Shown here: piece after piece, positions 1 through 10,030 of the stretch
Numbering within the stretch: position 1 is the first letter of the stretch
Layout of the letters: each line of letters begins with the position of its first letter
Source of the DNA: an uncultured Planctomycetota bacterium
GTDB taxonomy: Bacteria > Planctomycetota > Planctomycetia > Gemmatales > Gemmataceae
Direction of reading: 5' to 3'
Assembly (NCBI GenBank): GCA_963849325.1
Contig: CAWKHF010000012.1
Coordinates: 1,184,001 to 1,248,000, forward strand
Length of the DNA: 64,000 bases
Made by a program: the position numbers and the translations under genes
The notes under the pieces: generated by a model
What the model saw: only the letters and a program-made list of their open reading frames with translations
Database searches by the model: none
What the model was told of the DNA's origin: nothing

Positions 1-3000
1 ACGCTGCCGGGCGGTTCCGTATCGTTCAACTACGCCAACGGCGGACGAGGAGGCGCCGGCAAGACCGGGACGGCGGCCCACGCCACCGGAGGGATCGGCG
101 GCACCGGCGGTCTCGCCGAGGGCGGCGGCATTTTCAGCACCGGCGGTTCGGTGACGCTCAACAACAGCGAACAAGTCAACGTCAACTACAGCAAAGGAGG
201 AGACGGCGGATCGGGCGGCCAGGGCGTCGCGGCCGGCGTCGTCAGTAAGGGAGCGCCCGGCGGCGTCGGCGGCCTGGGCGGTAACGGCAACATCGCCCAG
301 GGCGGCGGCATTTTCGCCAATCAAAGCACGGTCAGCCTCAGCGGAGGGGCCACGGTCAATTCCAACTCCGCCGCCGCTGGCTTCGGCGGCAACGGAGGCA
401 ATGGCGGCACCCTGGCCGGCGGCGGCCCGGCCGGCAGCGGCGCCAACGCCCAGGGCGGCGGCATCTACGCGCTGGGCGGTTCCGTGAGCGTGGACGGCAC
501 CTCGACGCAGATCGACTTCAACACGCTGAAGGCGGGTGGAGGCGGCTTCGGCGGCAACGGCGGAGGGGGCGGCGGGAACACGGCCGGCGGCAACGGCGGG
601 GTGGGAGCGGTCGGCGGCTCCGCCTTTGGAGGCGGAGTGTACGCCTATGGCAACACCGTCACCCTAACGAATGGGGCGGCGATTGATTTCAACAATCTCC
701 AGGCTGGCAACGGCAGCGCGGGCGGTGTCGGCGGCATGGGCGGCTCGGGCGGCATCGGCAGTACCGGCGGCATCGGCGGCAATGGAGCGGTTGGCGGAAT
801 GGCGGCCGGCGGCGGCGTTTACCTCGCCGGCAACGGCTCCGCTCTCAACGTCAACGCCGGAGTGACGAATCCTCAGGCCATCAGCATCAGTTACAATTCG
901 GTATCCGGCGGCCAGGGCGGCGGCGGCAACAACGGCGGTAATGGCGGCAACGGCGGTTTGGGCGGCGGCGGCGCGGGTGGTCGTACCGGCAACGGTGCCA
1001 ACGGTGGCATCGCCGAGGGCGGCGGCATCGCCGTGGACGGCAGCGGCGCCTCGGCCCCGCTGGCCCTCAACCTGGCCGCCGCGACGATCCAGGGCAACGC
1101 GCTGACCGGCGGCGGTGGCGGCAATGCCGGCACCGGCGGCAAGGGAGGTATCGGCGGCGGAGCCGGCGGCAACGGCGGCAATGGCGGCAACGGCAACGTC
1201 GCCCAGGGCGGCGGCCTGTTTGTCAACAACGCCTCCCTCACCTTGACTGGCGCGACGATCACCAAGAACTCTCTCTCGGGTGGTTCGGGCGGAGGCGGCG
1301 GCTCCGGCGGCAAGGCCCAAGGTGCTCCGTCCAACGCCACCAAGAGCAGCGCGGGAGGCGCCGGCGGCAACGCCGGCAATGGCGGACTCGGCGCCGCCGG
1401 CCAGGGCGGCGGATTGTACGTCAGCGGCAGCACCGTCACCCTCAACAGCGATACCATCACGTCGAACACGCTCTACGGTGGCCAGGGCGGTTACGGCGGT
1501 TACGGAGGCATAGCCGGAGCCGGACACTTCATCGTCAATCCGAAAGGGCCCATCACCGGCAGTCCAGGCGGCAACGGCGGCAATGGTGCGACCGGAGGCG
1601 CCGGCCAGGGCGGCGGTTTGGCCGCCAGCGGCAGCACCGTCACCCTGCTCAACTCCACCATCGGCGGCAACACCCTTACCGGCGGCGAGGGCGGCTCCGC
1701 CGGCAACGGCGGCAACGCCTACGGCTATGCCGACTTCGTTTACTTCGGAGGCGTTGGCGGCAACGGCGGCAACGGCGGCAATGCCGGCGTCGGGCAAGGC
1801 GGCGGCGTTTACGGCGCCGGCGGCACCCTTACCGTCGTCAATTCGACAGTCGCCACCAATACGGTCAACGGCGGTCTGGGGAGAGTCGGTGGCAGCGGCG
1901 GCGAGGGCGGAGGAGGTGAATCCAATCATACCTTCAGCGGCCGGGGCGGCAGTGGCGGCCTGGCCGGTAACGGCGGCAACGCCGCGGCCATCGACGGAGG
2001 CGGCGTGTTCACTTCCACCAGCACTGTCCAGCTGGTCAACGCCACCGTCGCTAACAACAGCCTCAAGGGCGTTGCCGCCGGCTCGGGCGGCACCGGCGGC
2101 AACGCTGGTCCGGGCGGCACCGGCACCAAGAGCAGCCACTACGGACACGGCGGCAACGGTGGCAACGGCGGCAATGGCGCCACCGGCCAGGGCGGCGGTC
2201 TGTATGCCACCGCCGGCAGCCTCAGCCTGCTCAATGCCACGCTCGCTTACAACGCCATCACGGCCGGCACCGCCGGCGCCGGTGGCGCCGGCGGGCAGGG
2301 AATCCAGTCGATTTCCGGCGCTCCGCCCAATGAAATCATCACCCAGCTGTCGCCCAACGGCAAAACCGGCCAGGGCGGCACGACAACCGGCACCGACCAG
2401 GGCGGCGGCCTGGCCGTGGACGCCTCCGTCACCTCGGCCAAGCTGGAGAATACGATCATCGCCCTGAATACGGCCGCCAGCGACCCGGACGTGGTGGGCA
2501 CCTTCACGTCGAGCGATCGCGATTTCATCGGCAACGGTACGGGTAGCAACCTAGTCAACGGCACCAACGGCAACAACGTCGGCCAGTACAGTACCGCCGT
2601 CCTGGACACGTTTTTCAGTCAGCTGGGCAACAACGGCGGGCCAACGCAAACGATCGTCCCGACCGCGAGCAGCCCGACCATCAGTACGACCAGCTCCGCG
2701 GGCAACGTCAGCGCCGCCTCGGCCATCGCCGCCGCCGAGGGCGTCACCGTCGCCGCGGACCAGCGCGGTTTGCCGCGCGTCATCAACAACGAGATCGATA
2801 TCGGCGCCACGCAAAGCGGTCTGCTGCTGACCGGCAATGTCTCCGCGCCCAGCGTGACGGCCGGCCAGAATATCACCTACACGCTGACGCTGGACAACAA
2901 CGGGCCCAACACTCTCAGCAACGTCACCGTGTCCGATACGGTGCCGCCCAACACCACCTTCGTGTCGGTGACGACGCCCTCGGGCTGGACCGCCACGACG

Positions 3001-3543
3001 CCGGCGGTCGGCTCGACTGGCACGGCCGTCAGTTTCAACATCGGCTCGCTGGCCCCGAACACGACGACCACCTTCACCATCGTCGTTCAGGTCGCCTCCG
3101 GCACCCAGGGCACAAGCATCACCGACACGGCCACCGTCTCGACTCCGAGCACGGTCGTCGGCCCCTCCAGTCCGAGCGTGACGCTGACGACGCAGGTGCC
3201 CGGTTCGAGCACCACGCCCGTAGCCGGCGCCACCTTCATCGCCAGTCCGATCCTGCCCGATCCGTTCGCCGGCCATAACGCCTTCATCCAGGCGGGCCTG
3301 GCCTTTAATTTCGGCAGTCCCGTAAGCGGCCCGGTGGCCCTGGTCCTGACGGGCCTTCCCAGCGGCGTGACCCTGACCAACGCCAGCGGCGTGGACAGCA
3401 ACGGCAACCCCTATATCAACATCGTGTCGTCCGGCAGTTCGTGGGGGACGGGTTTGCGGAACTTCCGCTTCGTCGTCTTGAAATTCAACAACCCCAACCA
3501 CGTTCACATCACCTACACGGCGGAGGTAGTGCAGGGTATCTGA
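1..3543 (+). CDS. Giant glycine-rich extracellular protein, 5'-truncated by the window: PGRS-like GGxGG blocks alternating with beta-helix-like repeats, then choice-of-anchor-Q-like, DUF11-like and C-terminal beta-sandwich regions
   Basis: Frame is open from base 1 (TLPGGSVSFNYANGG...) to TGA at 3541-3543. Repeats of GGG(L/I/V)(Y/F)..G.TVTL.NSTI..N; LGNNGGPTQT...DQRGLPRV...DIGA motif; VTAGQNITYTLTLDNNGP...VTVSDTVPPNTTFVS motif. Confidence 0.8.
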   Translation, partial: TLPGGSVSFNYANGGRGGAGKTGTAAHATGGIGGTGGLAEGGGIFSTGGSVTLNNSEQVNVNYSKGGDGGSGGQGVAAGVVSKGAPGGVGGLGGNGNIAQGGGIFANQSTVSLSGGATVNSNSAAAGFGGNGGNGGTLAGGGPAGSGANAQGGGIYALGGSVSVDGTSTQIDFNTLKAGGGGFGGNGGGGGGNTAGGNGGVGAVGGSAFGGGVYAYGNTVTLTNGAAIDFNNLQAGNGSAGGVGGMGGSGGIGSTGGIGGNGAVGGMAAGGGVYLAGNGSALNVNAGVTNPQAISISYNSVSGGQGGGGNNGGNGGNGGLGGGGAGGRTGNGANGGIAEGGGIAVDGSGASAPLALNLAAATIQGNALTGGGGGNAGTGGKGGIGGGAGGNGGNGGNGNVAQGGGLFVNNASLTLTGATITKNSLSGGSGGGGGSGGKAQGAPSNATKSSAGGAGGNAGNGGLGAAGQGGGLYVSGSTVTLNSDTITSNTLYGGQGGYGGYGGIAGAGHFIVNPKGPITGSPGGNGGNGATGGAGQGGGLAASGSTVTLLNSTIGGNTLTGGEGGSAGNGGNAYGYADFVYFGGVGGNGGNGGNAGVGQGGGVYGAGGTLTVVNSTVATNTVNGGLGRVGGSGGEGGGGESNHTFSGRGGSGGLAGNGGNAAAIDGGGVFTSTSTVQLVNATVANNSLKGVAAGSGGTGGNAGPGGTGTKSSHYGHGGNGGNGGNGATGQGGGLYATAGSLSLLNATLAYNAITAGTAGAGGAGGQGIQSISGAPPNEIITQLSPNGKTGQGGTTTGTDQGGGLAVDASVTSAKLENTIIALNTAASDPDVVGTFTSSDRDFIGNGTGSNLVNGTNGNNVGQYSTAVLDTFFSQLGNNGGPTQTIVPTASSPTISTTSSAGNVSAASAIAAAEGVTVAADQRGLPRVINNEIDIGATQSGLLLTGNVSAPSVTAGQNITYTLTLDNNGPNTLSNVTVSDTVPPNTTFVSVTTPSGWTATTPAVGSTGTAVSFNIGSLAPNTTTTFTIVVQVASGTQGTSITDTATVSTPSTVVGPSSPSVTLTTQVPGSSTTPVAGATFIASPILPDPFAGHNAFIQAGLAFNFGSPVSGPVALVLTGLPSGVTLTNASGVDSNGNPYINIVSSGSSWGTGLRNFRFVVLKFNNPNHVHITYTAEVVQGI

Positions 3544-3561
3544 TATACTAGTTCTATCCTT

Positions 3562-3619
3562 CGGAGCGAGGGCGTTCGCCTCCGGAATTGGCGTTCAGGG
3601 GACGGACTCCCTCGCTTCG
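3562..3619. repeat. Imperfect inverted repeat (REP-like) after the stop of the Gly-rich gene
   Basis: cggagcgaggg ... ccctcgcttcg arms. Confidence 0.4.
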
Positions 3620-3677
3620 GGGTTTGGGACCCCATTTGAGGCTTCGACGCGCGGTCCCCGACCGGCGCGCATTTGCC

Positions 3678-5863
3678 ATGCAAGATCCCCTGCAAGCTGC
3701 TATCCGGCAGCACCAACTCGGCCGCCTCCACGACGCGGGGCGGATGTACCAGGGCATCCTCGCCCACGATCCCAACCACTCCGACGCCCTGCACCTGCTC
3801 GGCGTGGTCGCCCACCAGCTCGGCCAGAACCAACCGGCGGCCGAGCTGATCGTCCGCGCCATCTCTCTGCAACCCGGCGTGGCCGCCTATTACGCCAACC
3901 TCGCCGAGGTTTGGCGGGCGCTGGGACAGACCGACCGGGCCATCGACGCTTGCCGCACCGCCCTGCGCTTGCAGCCGGAATATCCCGAAGCCGCCAACAA
4001 TCTCGGCCTGGCCCTGCTCGCCGCCGGCGACATCGCGGCCGCGATCGAACAGTTCCGGACGGCCCTCCGTCTTCGGCCGAATTTCGCCATGGTCTACAAC
4101 AACCTCGGCAACGCCCTGCGCCTCCAGGGCGACACGGCCGGGGCCATCGACCATTTCCGCCGAGCCGTCGAACTCGATTCCAACATCGTCGAGGCGCACA
4201 GCAATCTCGGCCAGCTGCTGTGCGAACGCAACGAACTGAAGGAGGCACTGGAGCATTGCGAGGAGGCCGTGCGGCTGCGGCCAAACGCTCCCGAGGCGCT
4301 GAGCAACCTCGGCAACGTCCTCCGTTCCCTGGGCCGGCTCGACGAGGCCAAGGGTTATTACGCCGAGTCGCTACGGATCAATCCGAACATCGGCATGGTC
4401 TACAACAACATGGCCCAGGCCCTTCAGGAGGAAGGGAAGTTCGACGAGGCCCTGGTGTGGTACGAGCAAGCCTTGCAGCGTGAGCCGAACACCGCGCACA
4501 TCCACTGCAACTTGGCCAGCGCCCTGGAAGAAAAGGAGTGTCACGAGGACGCCGTCGCTCGCTACGAGATGGCGCTGCGTTTGGACCCCAACTTCGCCGA
4601 GGCCCACAACGGCATCGGCGCCGTTCGCCACGAGCAGGGCCGCGACGAGGAGGCCCGCGTACACTACGAGGCGGCCGTGCGTCTCAAGCCGGACTTCGCC
4701 GGTGCCCACGCCAGCCTCGGCCATCTTCTGGAGGAACTGAACGATCTGAAGGGCGCGGAGGCGTGTTTCCGCTCCGCCCTCGGTCACGACGCCCACAATG
4801 CCGGCGCGCTGGGACAGCTGGCGATCCTGCTTCGCGGCAAGCTGCCCGAGGACGACCTTGCCGCCTTGCGGCGCCTGCTGGCCGAGCCGGAGACGCCGGA
4901 GGGCAAACGCGGCGTGCTGCACTTCGGTCTCGCTCAGGTCCTCGACGCCCGCGGCGAGTACGCCGAGGCCGGTGAGCACCTACGCCAGGCCAACGCGATC
5001 AGTCTCGCCGGCGCCCGCAAGCGCGGCAAGGACTACGATCCCGCCAGTCACACCCAGTTCGTCAGCGACATGATGGCGACCTGCACGCCGGAGTTCTTCG
5101 AGCGCCTGCGCGGACAGGGATTGGAGAGCGAGCGGCCGGTGTTCATCGTCGGCCTGCCGCGATCGGGAACGACGCTGGTGGAGCAGGTGCTGGCCAGTCA
5201 TGCCCAGGTGTTCGGCGCCGGCGAGCTGCGCTTCGCTCGGGAAGACTTCGACTCGCTTCCCCAGGTGCTGAGCAGCGAGGATAGTCCCCTGGCGTGCATG
5301 ACGCGGCTCGACGGCGATGCCCTACGGCTCATCGGTCAGCGCCACCTGGACCGCTTGCAAACCCTGGACGCCACGGCCACGCGCGTCGTGGATAAAATGC
5401 CGGATAATTATCTCTATCTCGGCTTCCTGTCCGTCCTATTCCCGCGCGCAAGTTCATCCATTGTCGCCGCGACCTGCGCGACGTGGCGGTATCGTGCTGG
5501 ATGACCAACTTCCGCCACATCCGCTGGGCCAACGACCCCGAGCACATCGCCTCGCGCTTCCAGGAGTACCGGCGCCTGACGGAATACTGGCGGGCCACCC
5601 TGCCGGTCCCGGTGCTGGACGTCTACTACGAGGACACGGTCGCCGATCTGGAGAGTGTCGCCCGCCGCTTGCTGGACTGGTGCGGTCTGGAGTGGGATCC
5701 GGCTTGCCTGTCGTTCTACGAGACGAAGCGTCCGGTGCGCACGGCCAGCGTGACGCAGGTGCGCCAGCCCGTGTACAAGCGCTCGGTCGCGCGCTGGAAA
5801 CACTACGAACCGGCGCTAGGTTCACTGTTCGCGCAGCTCGCACCGGATGAGAATAAAAATTGA
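3678..5863 (+). CDS. TPR-repeat sulfotransferase (Sulfotransfer_3-like); one frameshift near 5447
   Basis: Multiple TPRs (AHSNLG, ALSNLGNVL, VYNNLG); 5'-PSB motif PVFIVGLPRSGTTLVEQVLASH; DKMPDNY; continues in the other frame as FIHCRRDLRDVAVSCW...RTASVTQVRQPVYKRSVARWKHY. Confidence 0.9.
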
Positions 5864-5948
5864 ACCACGGATAACACGGATAACACGGATAAAAACAGAA
5901 AAGAGAGTATTCTTGTTTTTATCCGTGTTATCCGTGTTATCCGTGGTT
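5863..5948. repeat. Inverted tandem 9-mer hairpin: (ACACGGATA)x3 - spacer - (TATCCGTGT)x3
   Basis: aaccacggataacacggataacacggataaaaaca ... tgtttttatccgtgttatccgtgttatccgtggtt. Confidence 0.95.
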
Positions 5949-5967
5949 TAAAATTTGGGACGACCGC

Positions 5968-6667
5968 GTGAGTCAGCCATCTTTTGAGATACTGTACGAA
6001 GACAATCACTGCTTGGCCGTTTCCAAGTCGAGCGGCGCTCTGAGCACACACTACCAGGGCCGCGAGCAGACACTGGACCGCGCCGTCAAGGAATACCTCA
6101 AGGACAAGTACCACAAGCCCGGCAACGTCTTCCTCGGCGTGGTGCATCGCCTCGACCGCCCCGTCTCCGGCGTGCTGTTGTTCGCGCGCACCAGCAAGGC
6201 GGCGGCCCGCCTGGCCCAGCAATTCCGCGAGGGCACCATCGAGAAAGTCTACTGGGCCGTCGTCGAGGGCGAGGTCGGACAACAGGCCGGCTCGCTGGAG
6301 GACTGGTTGCGCAAAAACGAGTCGGCCGGCCGCGTCGAAATCGTCGAGCCGCGCGAGAAAGGTGCTCGTCAAGCCCTGCTGCACTACCACCGCCGAGCCG
6401 TCCACGGAGGGCTGACCTGGTTGGAAGTGCGGCCGCAGACCGGCCGTACTCATCAGCTCCGCGTGCAGCTGGCGCACCACGGCCACCCGATCTACGGCGA
6501 TGCCAAGTACGGGGCCGTCCACACCTTCGGCCGGGCCATCGGTCTGCACGCCCGCGACCCTGACCTTTCTGCATCCGATCCGCTACGATCCGGTCACGCT
6601 GACGGCCGACGTGCCGCGCGCCTGGCGCGGCCGCTTCGCCTACCTGATGCGGGAGGGTCCGGCATGA
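5968..6667 (+). CDS. RluA-family 23S rRNA pseudouridine synthase; frameshift near 6555
   Basis: VVHRLDRPVSGVLLFA catalytic motif, KVYWAVV, TGRTHQLRVQLA, HPIYGD.KYG, LHA; C-terminus TFLHPIRYDPVTLTADVP in the alternative frame to TGA at 6665-6667. Confidence 0.9.
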
Positions 6668-7672
6668 GCGCCGCCCTGCTCGACACGATCCGCGACCTCA
6701 TCCAGGAGGACGTGGGCAACCGAGGGCTGGCCCGTGATCCCAGCGACAATCTCTTCACGGCCTGCCGTCCGGATTTCGCCACCGCCTGCGCGAGCATCGC
6801 CGCCGCGCCGAAACCGGCCCTCGCCGTCGTCACCGGCTTTCCGATCGTGGGCGCTGTCCCGCTTTGCGGCGAGACGGACGGCCCGCTCGGAGCGGTCTTC
6901 CTGGCCCGCGCACTGACGCCCCTGGGGATGAAAATTACGCTGTTGACGGATACGTTTTGTCAGCGAGCGCCTCGAAGCGGGCCTAGACGCTTGTGGATTG
7001 CGCAGCACCGTCCTCGTCGTAACCTTGCCTCCTTCAGGGGCGAGGGTCTCGTCAGAAAAAGGGACTAGGGGCGAGGGACTAGGGACTAGGGAAGAAACCT
7101 TTTCCCTATTCCCTAGTCCCTATTCCCTATTCCCTTCTTCTGACGAGACCCTAGTTCCTAAGCTGACGCACCTGGTCGCGCTGGAGCGAGTGGGACCGGG
7201 CCGAGATGGCCGCTGCCGCAACATGCGCGGTCTCGACATTACCGAGAATACAGCTCCCGCTTCTTGGTTATTCGAGGATGCCGCTCGCCGGACGCCGCCT
7301 GTTACGACCATCGGTATCGGCGATGGCGGCAACGAGATCGGCATGGGCAAAATCCCCGAGACGGTCATCGACCGCAACATCCCCAACGGAGGGCAGATCG
7401 CCTGCCGCGTTCCGACCGATCACCTGATCGTCGCCGGCGTCAGCAACTGGGGAGCTTACGCCCTGGCCGCCGGCGTGGCCGTCCTGCGCGGGCGGCGACT
7501 GCCCGCCGCGCTGTTCGATGTCGAGCGCGAGCGCGATTTGCTGCGTATCATGGTCGAGGAAGGCCCCTTGGTGGATGGCGTCACGGCCCGGGCGACCGTC
7601 TCGGTGGATGGTTTGTCGTTTCCGGATTACGCCAGGCCACTGCGGCTGCTGGCGGAGGTGGTGGGGGCATAA
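6664..7672 (+). CDS. DUF4392 (D-glutamate cyclase-like C-terminal domain) protein; frameshift near 6965; contains an in-frame palindromic insertion
   Basis: ATG overlaps the rluA stop (ATGA). Motifs QEDVGNRGL, VVTGFP, ETDGPLGA, ALERVGP, TIGIGDGGNEIGMG, AGVSNWGAYAL, SVDGL. Confidence 0.8.
7043..7152. repeat. Inverted tandem 7-mer hairpin (GGACTAG / CTAKTCC) with a 15-bp outer stem, inside the DUF4392 CDS
   Basis: agggtctcgtcagaa-aaagggactaggggcgagggactagggactagggaa ... ttccctattccctagtccctattccctattccc-ttcttctgacgagaccct. Confidence 0.9.
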
Positions 7673-7674
7673 GC

Positions 7675-8466
7675 ATGGGCGACCTGCGACTTGCGAGCGG
7701 AGCGGAGGTGCGGCGGCAGGCCCGTGCCGGGGAACTGACCGGGCCGACGCCCGGCCTGGCCGCCGGCTACGTGCAAGCAAACCTTGTCGTGGTGCCGCGC
7801 GACATCGCCTTCGATTTCTTGCTGTTCTGCCAGCGCAACCCGCGCCCTGTCCGCTGCTGGACGTCACCGATCCGGGCTGTCCCGAGCCGCGCCAGCGCCG
7901 CATCCGGCGCCGATGTCCGCAGGGACATCCCGCGTTACTGCGTTTACCGTCATGGTGAATTGATCGACGAGCCGGCCGACCTGTTCGCCTGGTGGCGCGA
8001 TGACCTGGTGGCGTTCCTGCTCGGCTGCTCCTTCACCTTCGAGAACGCCCTATTGAAAGCGGGTCTTCCGGTTCGCCACATCGAGCAGGGCTGCAATGTG
8101 CCGATGTATCGCACCAACATCGCCTGCCATCCGGCGGGTATCTTCGCCGGGCCGATGGTCGTGTCGATGCGGCCGTTGACGCCGACTCAGGCGGAGGCGG
8201 CAACCGTCATCTGTCAGCGCTTTCCGCAGGCACATGGGGCGCCGCTTCACGCCGGCGATCCCTCCGTCCTCGGCATCCGCGACATCCAGCGACCCGACTT
8301 CGGCGACGCGGTCGAGGTCCGCTCCGGGGAAATTCCCGTCTTCTGGGCCTGCGGCGTGACGCCGCAAGCCGTGGCCATGCAGGCCAGGCCGCCGCTGTTG
8401 CTGACGCACAAGCCCGGACACATGTTCGTCACCGATCTGCGCGATAGGGATCTGGAAACCGCGTAA
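7675..8466 (+). CDS. DUF1445 putative hydro-lyase (D-glutamate cyclase family); compensating frameshifts at about 7845-7895
   Basis: GYVQANLVV, FLLFCQRNPRPCPLL, D.PRY, VAFLLGCSFTFE, NVPMYRTN, GPMVVSMRP, HGAP.H.GDP, PDFGD, PVFWACGVTPQ, THKPGHMFVTD. Confidence 0.9.
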   Translation: MGDLRLASGAEVRRQARAGELTGPTPGLAAGYVQANLVVVPRDIAFDFLLFCQRNPRPVRCWTSPIRAVPSRASAASGADVRRDIPRYCVYRHGELIDEPADLFAWWRDDLVAFLLGCSFTFENALLKAGLPVRHIEQGCNVPMYRTNIACHPAGIFAGPMVVSMRPLTPTQAEAATVICQRFPQAHGAPLHAGDPSVLGIRDIQRPDFGDAVEVRSGEIPVFWACGVTPQAVAMQARPPLLLTHKPGHMFVTDLRDRDLETA

Positions 8467-9973
8467 CATTCGGCCGCGCTCCCTGTGTAGGCAGCGGCGT
8501 TTGCGGATGCAGACTGTCGTAGCACAGCCACAGACCCAGGGCGGTGATGAGCGCGGCGCTGACCAGGGGCAGAGCGCGCACCACGGTTCGCACGCGCGGC
8601 CCGCCGCCCCAGCGGGCCGCGGCCCAGTTGCGCGCCCAGACGACGCCGACGCCGAGACCGACGAGGACGCCGGCCAGTCCCGCGCTGAACGCCAGCAACA
8701 GCGGCACTCCCAGCCATAAACGCTGCGCCGAGATCGCCAGGCACAGCAGGATGATCGCATCCCAGCACGGCACCAATCCGCCGCGCATCCCCAACAGCAC
8801 CAGATGCCACCAGCGCACCGACGTCCCGTCCGCCGGCAGGGAGATGTGCGTGTGATCGTGGTCGTGGTCATGATCGTGGTGATGGGGATGCGAATGGCCG
8901 CCGAGGTGAAAATGATCGGCGCGGCCGGACAGCCGGCGGAACAGTAGCCACAGACCCAGGCCGGCGATGAACAGGCCGCCGATCAGCCCCTGAACGTAGT
9001 ACATCAGGTTGGCGGCCGCCGGCGAAATCAGGAAGACGACGGCCAGGACGAAGACGGCGCCGGTGTGCGTTAGCGTGGTCATCAGACCCAGCAGCAAGGC
9101 GTGCCAGACCGTGCCGTGTTCGCCGACGAGGTACGCCGCCACCAGCGTTTTGCCGTGGCCGGGTGTCAAGGCGTGGACGGCGCCGAAGCCGGCGGCCAGG
9201 AGAAGCAGCACGGCGAGGCCGCGTCGCGTATCGAAGAGCAAGTGCAACAGCTTCTGGGGATGGCCGTCCTCTTCCTCCGCCGGGACGACGGTGCTTTCCG
9301 GCTGTTCCGCCTGTTTCTCCTCGCCCTTCAGTGGAGTGGTGTCGTCGAGGACGAAGGTGGCCGACGCCTGACGGAGACGATCGGAGTCACCCGGTTTGCG
9401 TTCCAGGGGCGGCCGATCCAGCAGGGCCGCGTCCGGCGCCGATGTGCTTTGCAATGTCACGCCCGGCCCTGTCGCCAGCGTCAGCCGCAGCTGGCTGAAA
9501 TCGTCCCGATCGTAGTTGGTGTCGCGGAAGGAGAACGTGTGCGTCGCGCCGCGCTCCGGCTGCCACGGGGCGGTAAACGTGAAGTCGTAGCGTAGATGGT
9601 CCTTCACCGTATCGTCGTGTCGGCCAGCGCTGCGACCGAAGACGAGGGGTTTACCGTCCAGGCGGACATCGAGGTTCTTGGCGAGGAGGGGTCCGAAGTG
9701 CCGGACGAACGCCTGATGAAACGCCCTCTCACTGGTGATGCGGGGGAATTCGCCCGGCGTCAGTTCGGAGCGGGCCAGGTCCAACTCGGCGCAGCCGGCG
9801 TCCACTTCGAGCTGATACTTCACCACCACGGCGGCCGGCGTCAGCTTCACCTCGATTGTCCGGTCGTGGTTGTCCTTGGGCACCGGATGGGCAAAAGCCG
9901 ATTCACCGCGGAGAACGCAGAGAGCGCAGAGAAGAATGGAAAAGAGAAGAAGGAATCGCCGGAAGGTAGCCAT
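8429..9973 (-). CDS. RcnA/HoxN/NixA-family Ni/Co transporter with an N-terminal exported domain
   Basis: HALTPGHGKTLVAAYLVG, TLTHTGAVF, His-rich loop HSHPHHHDHDHDHDHTH, GGLVPCWDAIILL; signal peptide ending AFA-HP. Confidence 0.85.
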   Translation of the reverse strand: MATFRRFLLLFSILLCALCVLRGESAFAHPVPKDNHDRTIEVKLTPAAVVVKYQLEVDAGCAELDLARSELTPGEFPRITSERAFHQAFVRHFGPLLAKNLDVRLDGKPLVFGRSAGRHDDTVKDHLRYDFTFTAPWQPERGATHTFSFRDTNYDRDDFSQLRLTLATGPGVTLQSTSAPDAALLDRPPLERKPGDSDRLRQASATFVLDDTTPLKGEEKQAEQPESTVVPAEEEDGHPQKLLHLLFDTRRGLAVLLLLAAGFGAVHALTPGHGKTLVAAYLVGEHGTVWHALLLGLMTTLTHTGAVFVLAVVFLISPAAANLMYYVQGLIGGLFIAGLGLWLLFRRLSGRADHFHLGGHSHPHHHDHDHDHDHTHISLPADGTSVRWWHLVLLGMRGGLVPCWDAIILLCLAISAQRLWLGVPLLLAFSAGLAGVLVGLGVGVVWARNWAAARWGGGPRVRTVVRALPLVSAALITALGLWLCYDSLHPQTPLPTQGARPNVTRFPDPYRADR

Positions 9974-10027
9974 GTGTCTGCTTGGTTCTGTTTTCTCTCT
10001 GCGTTCTCCGCGTTCTCCGCGGTGAAT
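9901..10027. repeat. Inverted tandem 9-mer hairpin (GAGAACGCR-type) spanning the start codon of the Ni/Co transporter
   Basis: attcaccgcggagaacgcagagagcgcagaga ... tctctgcgttctccgcgttctccgcggtgaat. Confidence 0.9.
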
Positions 10028-10030
10028 TCT

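Noticed and set aside
1-2420. Mycobacterial PE_PGRS gene
   Set aside because: Similarity is only compositional; interspersed beta-helix units, DUF11 and the genomic context are non-mycobacterial, and no PE domain is visible.
5968-7068. Apparent RluA-DUF4392 fusion ORF
   Set aside because: Created by an indel near 6555; the proper RluA C-terminus and stop are in another frame, and DUF4392 has its own ATG and RBS.
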